Source: Promethearchaeota archaeon
GTDB lineage: Archaea; Asgardarchaeota; Lokiarchaeia; Sigyniarchaeales; SOKP01
DNA: 64,000 nt
Direction: 5' to 3'
NCBI GenBank assembly: GCA_019057865.1
Contig: JAHLWP010000007.1
Coordinates: forward strand, 32,001 to 96,000
In this document: one piece after another, positions 8,912 through 18,222 of the stretch
How positions within the stretch are numbered: position 1 is the stretch's first letter
How the letters are laid out: each line of letters starts with the position of its first letter
Notes under the pieces: model-generated
The model's input: the letters and a program-made list of their open reading frames with translations, nothing else
Database searches by the model: none
Told to the model about the DNA's origin: nothing
Translations under genes and position numbers: made by a program

Positions 8912-10018
8912 CTATTTTTTTCTTCCTATTATTATTTCTTTTTCAAAAAAACCAGAATTAATTACTTTTTTATGCTCTTCAGTGAAATTTGTCAATATAT
9001 CAAAAGGTTTTATCTTTAAGGGTGTATAAATACTTTCATTATGGAAATTAAGAATTCTCCTTCTTGATAAATAAATAGAATATGCAGAAATATCGCAACC
9101 TATCCATTTTCGATTTAACTTATCAGCAACTAATAATGTAGTTCCAGAACCACAAAAAAAGTCTGCAATCAAGTTTTCTTCATTAGAACCTAATTTAATT
9201 ATTTTTTCTAGTAATTTATGGTGTTTCTGAGTCGGAAAACCACTCCATTCTTTTGAGGCAGGTTGCATACAAGGAATTCTCCACACATCATCCATTTTTT
9301 TATCGGTTACAATTCGATATTTTACATGTCCATTTTTATTTTTAACATTTTTCAAAACTCCGTTTATCATTTCTCTCATTAATTGTTTTTCTGGTTTTTT
9401 GCGAGGAATTCTTAGCTCATTAAACGTATATTTATTAGATTTGGAATATACTAATATATCATCGTGTGCACGAGGGAGGTTTCTTTTCCCTGCTGAATAT
9501 TTATTATAATAATACCAAATAATATTATTTATAAACCTCTCTTCTCCAAAAATTTCATCTAAGATTAATCTAACATAATGACTTGCATGCCAATCTAAAT
9601 GAATGAATAGTATACCCGTTTGAGATAATAATTCTTTAAAAAGAATTATCCTCTCATAAAGCATTTGCAAATATGAATCTAAATTCTTCTCCCAATGATC
9701 GAGGTATGCGATAGTATTATAAACATTATCATTATCTTTAATTTTAATCTGATAATTAGTGCCTGAAAAGAAAGGAGGATCTATATAGATCAAATCTACT
9801 TTACCTTTGAAGTTATTTAATAAATGATATAAAACTTCTATATTATTCCCCCAAAATAATTTGTTTCTCCATTCTTTCTTATGTAAATTATTTTGGATTT
9901 TTTTTTTATTAACTTCAGGGTGAACTTCAAAAATTTTATAATAATTCAGAAATTTATTTTTTAAATCTTTTAAATTGACTGGTTTTTCCGATTTTTCCTC
10001 CCAAATTAATTTTACCAT
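8912..10018 (-). CDS. Orphan site-specific DNA methyltransferase (N4/N6, beta class)
   Basis: LIYIDPPF (motif IV) precedes FPTQK and ADFFCGSGTT (motif I). No adjacent restriction gene. Confidence 0.9.
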   Translation of the reverse strand: MVKLIWEEKSEKPVNLKDLKNKFLNYYKIFEVHPEVNKKKIQNNLHKKEWRNKLFWGNNIEVLYHLLNNFKGKVDLIYIDPPFFSGTNYQIKIKDNDNVYNTIAYLDHWEKNLDSYLQMLYERIILFKELLSQTGILFIHLDWHASHYVRLILDEIFGEERFINNIIWYYYNKYSAGKRNLPRAHDDILVYSKSNKYTFNELRIPRKKPEKQLMREMINGVLKNVKNKNGHVKYRIVTDKKMDDVWRIPCMQPASKEWSGFPTQKHHKLLEKIIKLGSNEENLIADFFCGSGTTLLVADKLNRKWIGCDISAYSIYLSRRRILNFHNESIYTPLKIKPFDILTNFTEEHKKVINSGFFEKEIIIGRKK

Positions 10019-10162
10019 TCCTTTATCGAACTATATTTATATTTAGAATTTATATTTAAATTATATTTCAAATAAATCAGTTATTATAAAGTCTATATTA
10101 AATTTTTTATGATGTTGTTTCTGATTTATTAAAATTAGAAAAAAACAAATTTAAAAGTAAAA

Positions 10163-10840
10163 TTATTCAAGGCTTGTTCTTTCCAATAAATCCTCAAATT
10201 CTTTATCTGAAAGGAAACCTTTTTGCATCATAAGATCTTTAATTTCATCCATGAGTTGAGGAGCTCCTTTAGCTTCGGAGATTGTTTCTTCAAGTGCTTT
10301 TATCTTATCATTAAGCGCATCAACTTCTTTTACTTTTGATTCTTTTTCATCCTTAAGGCTTTCAACCTCTACATATTTATCTGAAATTGATTTTTGTAAA
10401 TCCTTTTTAAGACTTTCAATCTCATTATTTTTTTGTTCTAGTTCTGCTTTAAGATCATTTTTTTCATTTTCTAAAGCCTCTATTCTTTCAGATGATTTCT
10501 CTAATTCTATAATTTTTGAATTTGCTACAGATAATTTTTCCTCCAATTCAGTTATCGAAGATTTGAATTTATTGGTTTCGGCATCTACATAAAGTTTTTC
10601 TTCCTTGATTCTCTCAAAGTTTTTTTTCATTTCATCTAATTCGTCAATTTTTTTCTCTGATTCTAATAATTTTCCTTTAGTGGTTCTTAAATCTTCTGTT
10701 GTTTTTTCTAGGTCTTTTCTTTTCTGAGTTAATTGTCTTTCTAAATCATTAATTTTGGATCTAAGGTCTAATAAAAATCTTCCCTCAACTTTTTGTTTTG
10801 CCTCAGGCTTCTCTTTCGCCTTGGCCCAATCAAAAGAAAT
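10163..10840 (-). CDS. Coiled-coil protein with SHOCT-like C-terminus; probable ATT start (225 aa)
   Basis: The frame is open 70 codons upstream of the tracked ATG and encodes ISFDWAKAKEKP..VEGRFLLDLR, homologous to the neighbour's N-terminus. No in-frame ATG/GTG/TTG lies upstream. Ends KGFLSDKEFEDLL. Confidence 0.75.
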   Translation of the reverse strand: MSFDWAKAKEKPEAKQKVEGRFLLDLRSKINDLERQLTQKRKDLEKTTEDLRTTKGKLLESEKKIDELDEMKKNFERIKEEKLYVDAETNKFKSSITELEEKLSVANSKIIELEKSSERIEALENEKNDLKAELEQKNNEIESLKKDLQKSISDKYVEVESLKDEKESKVKEVDALNDKIKALEETISEAKGAPQLMDEIKDLMMQKGFLSDKEFEDLLERTSLE

Positions 10841-10847
10841 TTCAATT

Positions 10848-10854
10848 TCACCTC
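10848..10854 (-). promoter_or_regulatory. Shine-Dalgarno GAGGTGA, 7 nt before ATT 10840
   Basis: Plus strand reads tcacctc. Confidence 0.7.
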
Positions 10855-10988
10855 TATTCTGATATAAATTTAATTTATTTTGTATTAGTATATATTTAAT
10901 TTCTTTAGATTTATTATTTATAAAAATTTTATTAAATTATTTAAACTAATAAATAGTTATATTAATAAAAAATATGTTTCATATAAGG

Positions 10989-11654
10989 TTAATCTTCTAA
11001 TTCTTTTCTTAATTGTTCAAGCTCCTTATCAGTTATAAATCCTTTATGTTCCATTACTTCTCTAATTTTTATCATTATTTTTGGAGATGTTTTAGCCTCT
11101 AAAAACTGACTTTCAAGAACACTGATTCTATTAATTAGCTCATTTGTTTTAATATTTTTCGCTTCTAAGTTACTTTTAAGGCTTTCTAATTCTATATCTT
11201 TTTGTTTTAAATCATTTTTGAGATTTTGAACTTCCTTTTCTTTAAAATTGATTTTTTGTTCCATTTCGGATGCTTTCTCAGAGGTGAAATTTAATTGGTT
11301 CTCTAATGTAGTGATTTTCGCTACAGCTTCAGTTAAATTTTTTTCTAACTCTGATTTCGTTGATTTTAGTTTTGTTACTTCAATATCAGTATGAAGTTTA
11401 TCTTCCTGTACTTTATCTAAAGTCTTTTTCGCTGAAGATCTTTTCTCTGTTAACTCAAGTAAACTTTTTTCACGACCAGCTAATTTTTTTTTTATATTTT
11501 TTAGTTCATTATTTGCCTGTTCTAACTCCTTTTTACTTTGGATTAATTTTTGTTCAAGATCACTAATTTTAGTTCGAAGGTCTAAAAGATACCTTCCCTC
11601 CACAGGTAATTTCTTATCAGGTCTCTCCTCAGCTTTTGCCCAATCTATAATAAT
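10989..11654 (-). CDS. Coiled-coil protein with SHOCT-like C-terminus; probable ATT start (221 aa)
   Basis: IIIDWAKAEERPDKKLPVEGRYLLDLR extends beyond the tracked GTG; an in-frame TGA at 11669-11667 bounds the frame. Ends KGFITDKELEQLRKEL. Confidence 0.75.
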   Translation of the reverse strand: MIIDWAKAEERPDKKLPVEGRYLLDLRTKISDLEQKLIQSKKELEQANNELKNIKKKLAGREKSLLELTEKRSSAKKTLDKVQEDKLHTDIEVTKLKSTKSELEKNLTEAVAKITTLENQLNFTSEKASEMEQKINFKEKEVQNLKNDLKQKDIELESLKSNLEAKNIKTNELINRISVLESQFLEAKTSPKIMIKIREVMEHKGFITDKELEQLRKELED

Positions 11655-11661
11655 TACTTTC

Positions 11662-11668
11662 TCACCTC
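11662..11668 (-). promoter_or_regulatory. Shine-Dalgarno GAGGTGA, 7 nt before ATT 11654
   Basis: Plus strand reads tcacctc; same spacing as in the paralog. Confidence 0.7.
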
Positions 11669-11842
11669 ATAATTTCTCTATACTAATTAGATCTATTATT
11701 TATTATTAAATTCGATCTCATATATTTTATATTTCTTTTTCTATATTAAAGCTTTAAAAAATATTAATTTATTATAAAGACCAATTTTATTAATATTATT
11801 TATTTGATATCTATAAGATAAATTAATTTTTACCTTCTTTTA

Positions 11843-12646
11843 ATGAATAAGATTTCTATAGGATGTGCTGGTTGGGATTATAAAGATTGGATCGGCCCAT
11901 TTTATCCTAAGAGCCTTGAGAGACAATATCATTTAGCGTATTATGCTAAATTTTTTAGGATTACTGAAGTCAACTCAACTTTTTATAATCTCCCCTCTAT
12001 AGATACTGTGAATAAATGGAATTCTCGAACTCCTCCAGACTTCCGTTTCATAATTAAAATGTGGCAAAAAATTACACATTACTTAAATGAACCAGAAGTG
12101 GTTTCTAGAATAAATGAATTTTTACTCCATATGGAGCCATTAAAAGCAAAGATAGTAGCATATCTACTACAATTTCCACCATGGTTTGAATACTCAGAGA
12201 AGCATTTGAATCAATTAAAATTTTTAATAAATGAGATACCCTCTACATTTAGCTTAATAATTGAACTACGACATAATTCTTGGTTAAAGTCAGAAATCCT
12301 TTCTGATTTTATTGATGGGACTCAAAAAATTTTGGGAACAACCTATATACCGAGTGTTTCTCCATTTTATATCCCAAATCAAAAATATTATTATATTAGA
12401 CTCATTGGTGACCGGGAGCTAACGGTTTTTAACCGAATTCAGAGAGATCAAGAAGAAACTATAAATCATCTTGACCAAAATATTCGGAAATTAATTACAA
12501 TGCCTAACGTCTATGAAATCTTTATTATTGTCAATAATCACTTCCAAGACAATGCTCCAACTAGTGTTAATATACTAAAAAAAAGACTAGGTTTAGAATT
12601 TCAAGATTTTGACAAACAGAAAAAATTTTTTGACTATTTAAAATAA
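11843..12646 (+). CDS. DUF72 family protein
   Basis: IGCAGWDYKDWIGPFYP, EVNSTFY, LLQFPP, ELRHNSW, YIRLIG and NNH motifs. Confidence 0.9.
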   Translation: MNKISIGCAGWDYKDWIGPFYPKSLERQYHLAYYAKFFRITEVNSTFYNLPSIDTVNKWNSRTPPDFRFIIKMWQKITHYLNEPEVVSRINEFLLHMEPLKAKIVAYLLQFPPWFEYSEKHLNQLKFLINEIPSTFSLIIELRHNSWLKSEILSDFIDGTQKILGTTYIPSVSPFYIPNQKYYYIRLIGDRELTVFNRIQRDQEETINHLDQNIRKLITMPNVYEIFIIVNNHFQDNAPTSVNILKKRLGLEFQDFDKQKKFFDYLK

Positions 12647-12866
12647 TATTTTTAAATTACTTACAAGCTCTTTTTCAGACGTTGAATTAACTGATGAAAA
12701 TATTGAAAATGAGGAATTCTAGTGTAGATTATATGAATCCTTAAGCTAAATAAAATAGATTTTTTTATTACTTTTTTATAAATTAAAAATTCCGCATAGA
12801 TTAATAGCTTAATAATTAGTTTTATTAAATCCTAATTCAAAAAGTGTCATACTTAATTGTATAATT

Positions 12867-13391
12867 GTGTTTAAAATGAGTAATAATACCAATGTTGAGG
12901 AATTATTTCTTGAAAAATTTGAGAAATTATCCTTAAAAGTTGAGCAATTGACAAATGAAATTTCTAAAATGAAAGAGAAATTAGATAAAAACTATAAAGT
13001 TAATAGAGTTTTTGGCCTTAAAACATTAAGAAATTCAACGCAATTAGAATTTGCTAAGGATGTATTTGGAATAGGGAGCCCAACAAAAAGATATCTTTTA
13101 TCAATAAGAGCTATAACTGAAGAATGGAAAGGAAGGAAAAATGACTTTCTGATATCAATAAGACAACAAGAAAAAGAAACTCAAATGGATTTAAAGGCTC
13201 TCGGAATTAGGATTCCGATTAATGATATTAAAAATATCCATCTTTTAACAAAACAGATCATTTCATTATTGTATATTTCATGTGAATTCAGAGGTCTTGC
13301 AGTTAATGATATATTAAGGGAAATTTTGACTCAAGTAAACAATGAAGGATATAATATGGTTCAAGAAATTAAACATAAAATGATCTTTTGA
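12867..13391 (+). CDS. Hypothetical protein with N-terminal coiled coil (start possibly ATG 12876)
   Basis: 174-aa ORF with protein-like composition; family not recognised. Confidence 0.7.
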   Translation: MFKMSNNTNVEELFLEKFEKLSLKVEQLTNEISKMKEKLDKNYKVNRVFGLKTLRNSTQLEFAKDVFGIGSPTKRYLLSIRAITEEWKGRKNDFLISIRQQEKETQMDLKALGIRIPINDIKNIHLLTKQIISLLYISCEFRGLAVNDILREILTQVNNEGYNMVQEIKHKMIF

Positions 13392-13594
13392 TTCTTATGT
13401 AGATCGTGAAACTTTTAATTTTACGAAATTTTACATATAGAAATAATAATTTTATAAAATAAAGATTAACTAATAGAAGTTGTTTAGAAACAGATGTTAT
13501 AGAATATATAAATTATAGTAACAAAATTATAACTGTAAGAATAAAAACTTTAACCTAATTTGATATTAATTAAAATTCAAAAAAGGCTAATTAA

Positions 13595-14539
13595 ATGGAT
13601 GAATTTAAATGTGAAATTTTAATCATTGGTGCTGGACCCGCAGGATTAAGTGCAGGTGTTTATTGTGCTCGAGCAAACAGAGATGTCATTATTCTTGATG
13701 GAAAAGAATTATCTGCTTTAGCCAAAACGAAAGAAATACAAAATTGGTTAGGAGAAATAGATATTAAGGGAAAAAAACTATTAGAAAAGTTTAGGGCTCA
13801 TGCTTTAAGTTATTCTGAAAATCTAAAAATTATGAAAGGTGATGTAATCTCAATGATGCTTGGAATGGGTGTAAACATGATATCAACGCGAACATCTGAT
13901 ATAACTTCGGATGTTGTTATAATCGCAACAGGCAGTGGACATCGAAAAGAAATAATCAAGGGAGAAGGTGCTTTACTTGGATTTGGTGTTTCCTATAGTG
14001 CATTAAATGATGGACCTTTATATAAAGATAAAGTTGTGTTCTTATATGGTTCAGATGAAGAAGTATTCGAAGATGCATTAACTCTACATCAAATGGGAAG
14101 TAATGTACATATAATAACTAATGTAGGAATCGATGAATTACCTGAAAAGGTTTATGAGGTCAAAGAAAGGGGAATTGATGTCATAGAGAATATGGAAATC
14201 ATTGAAGCTGTACCAGATTCGGAAGGCATAATTCAAAAAATTATATGCAGATTTACTAAACCCGAATCAGAAGATTTTGAAGAATTAATAGAATTTGAGT
14301 TAGATTGCTTATTTATATTATCCCATATTGCATCAAATTCTATATTTAAAAAAGCTGGTGTAGAATTAGATGATATGGGAAATATTATAGTAGATGATGG
14401 ACAACAAACAAATCTTAAGGGAGTGTATGCCGCTGGTGATGTTACAGGTGGATTATTTCAAGTGGTTTTTGCCGCAGCAGAAGGTGCACGAGCGGGAATA
14501 AATGCATGCAAATATCTTCGGCAATTAAAGAAGGAATAA
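13595..14539 (+). CDS. Thioredoxin reductase-like flavoprotein lacking the redox CxxC
   Basis: FAD motifs GAGPAG and TNLKGVYAAGDV are intact. GVSYSALNDG replaces GVSYCATCDG, and YGSDEE replaces GGGxxA. Confidence 0.85.
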   Translation: MDEFKCEILIIGAGPAGLSAGVYCARANRDVIILDGKELSALAKTKEIQNWLGEIDIKGKKLLEKFRAHALSYSENLKIMKGDVISMMLGMGVNMISTRTSDITSDVVIIATGSGHRKEIIKGEGALLGFGVSYSALNDGPLYKDKVVFLYGSDEEVFEDALTLHQMGSNVHIITNVGIDELPEKVYEVKERGIDVIENMEIIEAVPDSEGIIQKIICRFTKPESEDFEELIEFELDCLFILSHIASNSIFKKAGVELDDMGNIIVDDGQQTNLKGVYAAGDVTGGLFQVVFAAAEGARAGINACKYLRQLKKE

Positions 14540-14684
14540 ACTTGATATTATGTTGACATTACACTCTATTATGTATTATTACGATAATTTCCAAGATTAT
14601 TTTATGGCAAGCATTTCAGACAGCTCAATTAATGTTTATGAGTTTAATAGTTTTAATTTTTCTTATTAATGTTAAAAGCGGGCA

Positions 14685-14717
14685 ATGGAGGGATAGATTT
14701 AGAATTTATCTTTCCAT
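14685..14717 (+). other. 15-bp RNA hairpin in the intergenic gap between the two reductase genes
   Basis: atggagggatagatt-tag-aatttatctttccat pairs fully on the plus strand using three G-U pairs; followed by cttatttt. Confidence 0.45.
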
Positions 14718-14890
14718 CTTATTTTATGGTAAATTATATTACCTTGATGTTATATCTTAGTAATATCGAATAATATCATATTGAAATTGAATATATTTAA
14801 CCGAAAAAAAAAAATTTAAAAAAAATATAAACCATTATTAAGATTATTATGTGTAAATTTGAATAAAGCTACAAGGTATGGTGACTAAAA

Positions 14891-15835
14891 TTGTCTGATA
14901 AAAATGAAATAGATCTAGCAATTATTGGTGGTGGACCTGCAGGATTAACAGCGGCAATTTATGGTGGAAGAATGGGTTTAAAGACTGCTCTCTATGAAGG
15001 TAAAGGTTTTGGTGGTTTAGCTGGGACCGCTCCCAAGATTGAAAATTATCCAGGATTTGGTAGTATTAATGGTCTTGAGTTAACGGAAAAAATGAGGGAA
15101 CAAGCTGAAAAATGGGGAACTCCTTTTTATTTTAATGAAGTCTCAGAAATCAATCCGAAGGAAATGACAATAACTACTTATGAAGGAGACACAAAAGCCA
15201 AAGCGATTATAATTGCGACTGGTTCAAAACATCTAACACTTGGATTGCCTAATGAGTTTGAATTAGTAGGTAATGGAATATCTTACTGTGCTACTTGTGA
15301 TGGTCCTATATTTCGAGATCAAGTAGTTGCTACGGTTGGTGGTGGTAATGCCGCTGGTCTAGAAGTAATTTATCTTTCAGGTGTAGCAAGAAAAGTTTAT
15401 CTTATTCATAGACGTCACTGTATGCGAGCAGAAGCATGTATTGCAGATGAGGTCGTGTCATTAAATAATGTTATACCAATGTATAATTGCACTATTGAAG
15501 AAGCTATAACTAAGGATAACAAATTGGGAGCGTTAAAAATCAAAAATCATGAAACTGGCGAAATAACTAAAATAAATGTAAATGCTCTCTTCATTGCAAT
15601 AGGAGTTGAGCCACAGACCGAATTAGCGAAGAAAGCAGGGATAGAACTTGATAAGGATAATTATATTAAAGTCAATAGGAAACAAGAAACTAATATTCCT
15701 GGTATTTATGCAGCAGGAGATGTAACTGGTGGAATAAGACAGGTAGCAACGGCAGTTGGGGAAGCAACAACAGCAGCGATGAATGCGTATCTATTTATTA
15801 AAAAAGGATGGTATGGAGAAGGAGAGAAAAAATAA
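14891..15835 (+). CDS. trxB: Thioredoxin-disulfide reductase
   Basis: GGGPAG, GISYCATCDG, GGGNAA, HRR and GIYAAGDV motifs. TTG start after GGTGA. Confidence 0.93.
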   Translation: MSDKNEIDLAIIGGGPAGLTAAIYGGRMGLKTALYEGKGFGGLAGTAPKIENYPGFGSINGLELTEKMREQAEKWGTPFYFNEVSEINPKEMTITTYEGDTKAKAIIIATGSKHLTLGLPNEFELVGNGISYCATCDGPIFRDQVVATVGGGNAAGLEVIYLSGVARKVYLIHRRHCMRAEACIADEVVSLNNVIPMYNCTIEEAITKDNKLGALKIKNHETGEITKINVNALFIAIGVEPQTELAKKAGIELDKDNYIKVNRKQETNIPGIYAAGDVTGGIRQVATAVGEATTAAMNAYLFIKKGWYGEGEKK

Positions 15836-15935
15836 ACAAAATAAATACCTCTCTGAAATATATCAGACAATTGAAAAAAGAATAATTTAATCTAATTTTT
15901 TAGAATCCTTTTCTACTATTGCTTAAATGATACGC

Positions 15936-15963
15936 AGATATTACTTTATATTATGTAATATCT
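15936..15963. promoter_or_regulatory. 28-bp palindrome, candidate dif/XerA-binding site overlapping the TATA box
   Basis: agatattactt-tatatt-atgtaatatct: 11-6-11 with arms inverted at 10/11 positions; ends 19 nt before the xerA ATG; contains TTTATA. Confidence 0.5.
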
Positions 15964-15982
15964 CGATCATATTGTATGTATT

Positions 15983-16906
15983 ATGGTAAATAGCAAATTT
16001 TCAGATTTTACCGAGGATTTTTTAATTTCCAAAGAAGTAGAAGAAGGTTGTGCCTCCTCAACAATTAAAGCTTATAAATATGACCTTGATAAATTTATTA
16101 GTCTTGTAGGAGATCTTGATCTTAATTCTCCTATGCTTAGACAGAGAATAAGGTTATTTTTAAAAAAAATAAAGGATTTGGGGTATACAAAAAAAGGAAT
16201 CGGGAGAAAAATAGCATTATTACGATCATATTTTAAATTTTTAACTCTAAATGAATTTATAGAGAAAAATCCTATGAGTACTATAAAGTCTCCAAAGATA
16301 AAACTCGAAGAAAATCTGCCAAAATTCCTTAATGTTAACGACATTAAGCTGATTTTTAATAAATTAAAAGATAGACAAATTTTTAATTCCAAAAAAAGCC
16401 AACGATATTATTTAATGATAAGATTACTCTATTCTACAATGGCCAGAGTAAGTGAGTTATGTAATATTAAGATAAATGATGTAGATTTTAATAAAGGGTA
16501 TATTAGATTAAGAGGTAAAGGAAACAAAGAAAGAATAGTCCCTGTGGATCAAAAAACATTGGATATTTTTAAAGAATATCTGAAAAATAGAATTTCCTAT
16601 AGTTCTGAAGATTATTTATTAGTAAATACTAGAAACCTAAAATTAAATCCTCGAGTAGTTCAAGTAGATATTAAAACAATAAAAGAGAAATGTGGATTTC
16701 CAGACTCAAAAATTATTACTCCCCATATTTTTAGGCATACTGGAGCAACCCATCTTAGACGTTCAGGAATGGATATTAGTGAACTTCAGGATATTTTAGG
16801 GCATTCAAATCCAAATACTACAAGAATTTATGCTAAAAATGATATCACTAAATTAAAACAATCGTATACGATGATGCATCCCCTAAATAACTCAGAAAAA
16901 TTTTAA
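15983..16906 (+). CDS. xerA: XerA/XerC-D family tyrosine recombinase
   Basis: ARVSEL, GKGNKER, TPHIFRH, LGHS and TTRIY supply the R-K-H-R-H-Y catalytic set; N-terminal core-binding domain. Confidence 0.88.
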   Translation: MVNSKFSDFTEDFLISKEVEEGCASSTIKAYKYDLDKFISLVGDLDLNSPMLRQRIRLFLKKIKDLGYTKKGIGRKIALLRSYFKFLTLNEFIEKNPMSTIKSPKIKLEENLPKFLNVNDIKLIFNKLKDRQIFNSKKSQRYYLMIRLLYSTMARVSELCNIKINDVDFNKGYIRLRGKGNKERIVPVDQKTLDIFKEYLKNRISYSSEDYLLVNTRNLKLNPRVVQVDIKTIKEKCGFPDSKIITPHIFRHTGATHLRRSGMDISELQDILGHSNPNTTRIYAKNDITKLKQSYTMMHPLNNSEKF

Positions 16907-17028
16907 GAAGCTAATCTTTTTAAATTATTTGATTCTTATCAAAATTTAATAGGCATAAGAAATTTTAAACTTAAATCGTTTTATTAATACATATACATCA
17001 AAATAAAATTTGATAAACTGGAGTTATC

Positions 17029-18222
17029 ATGGATGAGGATGAGTTCAGGAAACAATTCATGAAGAGATCTGTATTTAAGCAAGCTAGCTCTCTTGATCAA
17101 AGCTACGTGCCAGAAAAATTACATTGCCGGGATGAGGCTATAAAAACCTTAATTTACAATTTTAGGAGGATTACAGAAGAAAGTGATCAACCTTCAATTA
17201 ATATCTTATTAATTGGAAAAGGAGGAGTAGGAAAGACAGTTACTGCGAAATATTTTGGAAGGAATTTCAAAAGTATCGCATTAGAACGAGATGTTAATTT
17301 GTTTCTTGAATATTACAATTGCATTAATTTCAATTCAAAAAGTAAAATTATACGAGAATTATTGTCAAAATACACCCACGGAAGCGGCAGAGGCTTTAGC
17401 GATGATGAGGCAATAAAATTAATACTTTCTCAACTAATAAGAGAAAAGGGTTATATGCTACTAATTATCGACGAAGTTTTTCGTTTAAAACCAGAGGATA
17501 TTTTAGCTTTTCTTGACATTGCCGAAACTTTTGGTCATCAAAATGCAAAATTATCATTAATAATAATTTCAAGAACTCATGATTGGATGACAGTTGAAAC
17601 TGAAAGAATTTTAAGCAGATTAAATCAAAAAATTGAACTTAAACCCTATAATTATGATGAAGCTAAGCAGATTTTAGATTATAGAAGTGAACTTGCTTTG
17701 AAGGAAAATATAATTAATGACGATCTTCTAGAAATGATTGCTGAAATAGTATCAGAACATCAAAATATGCGTCACGGTATTGAAATATTAAGGAAAAGCG
17801 GGTTATATTGTGATAAAGAGGGATTAGAACATTTCACTCCTGAGATAGTGAGAGAAGCATCCAATGAAGTGTATCCTACATTTAGAGGAGATGTTATTGA
17901 TCTACTAAAAGATCAAGAACTTTTAGCTTTATATGGAATAGTGAGAGCTTTGAAAAATACTGATGAACCATGTACATTGGTTGATGAAGCTTACGAGGAA
18001 TATCAAGTAATATGTGAAAACTATTCCATTGAACCTCATGTTAAAATGAGTTTTAGGAAATATGTTCGTCACCTTGATGAGCTAAAAATAATTACTTCCA
18101 AAACAGTAAGGATAGAAGAAGCTCAGAGAGGCAGACATAAAGAAATTGGATTATTGGATATACCCGCTGTGAAATTATCTGAATTATTAGAAGGTCTTTT
18201 TGAGAGAAAATTTTTGAATTAA
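17029..18222 (+). CDS. cdc6: Orc1/Cdc6 replication initiator family AAA+ ATPase
   Basis: LDQSYVPEKLHCRD, Walker A GKGGVGKT, Walker B IIDEV, SRL, LKPY and a C-terminal winged helix. Confidence 0.9.
   Translation: MDEDEFRKQFMKRSVFKQASSLDQSYVPEKLHCRDEAIKTLIYNFRRITEESDQPSINILLIGKGGVGKTVTAKYFGRNFKSIALERDVNLFLEYYNCINFNSKSKIIRELLSKYTHGSGRGFSDDEAIKLILSQLIREKGYMLLIIDEVFRLKPEDILAFLDIAETFGHQNAKLSLIIISRTHDWMTVETERILSRLNQKIELKPYNYDEAKQILDYRSELALKENIINDDLLEMIAEIVSEHQNMRHGIEILRKSGLYCDKEGLEHFTPEIVREASNEVYPTFRGDVIDLLKDQELLALYGIVRALKNTDEPCTLVDEAYEEYQVICENYSIEPHVKMSFRKYVRHLDELKIITSKTVRIEEAQRGRHKEIGLLDIPAVKLSELLEGLFERKFLN

Noticed and set aside
14676-14720. Fluoride riboswitch (ggcaatggag start)
   Set aside because: The downstream pairing and pseudoknot elements are absent, and no fluoride-related gene follows.
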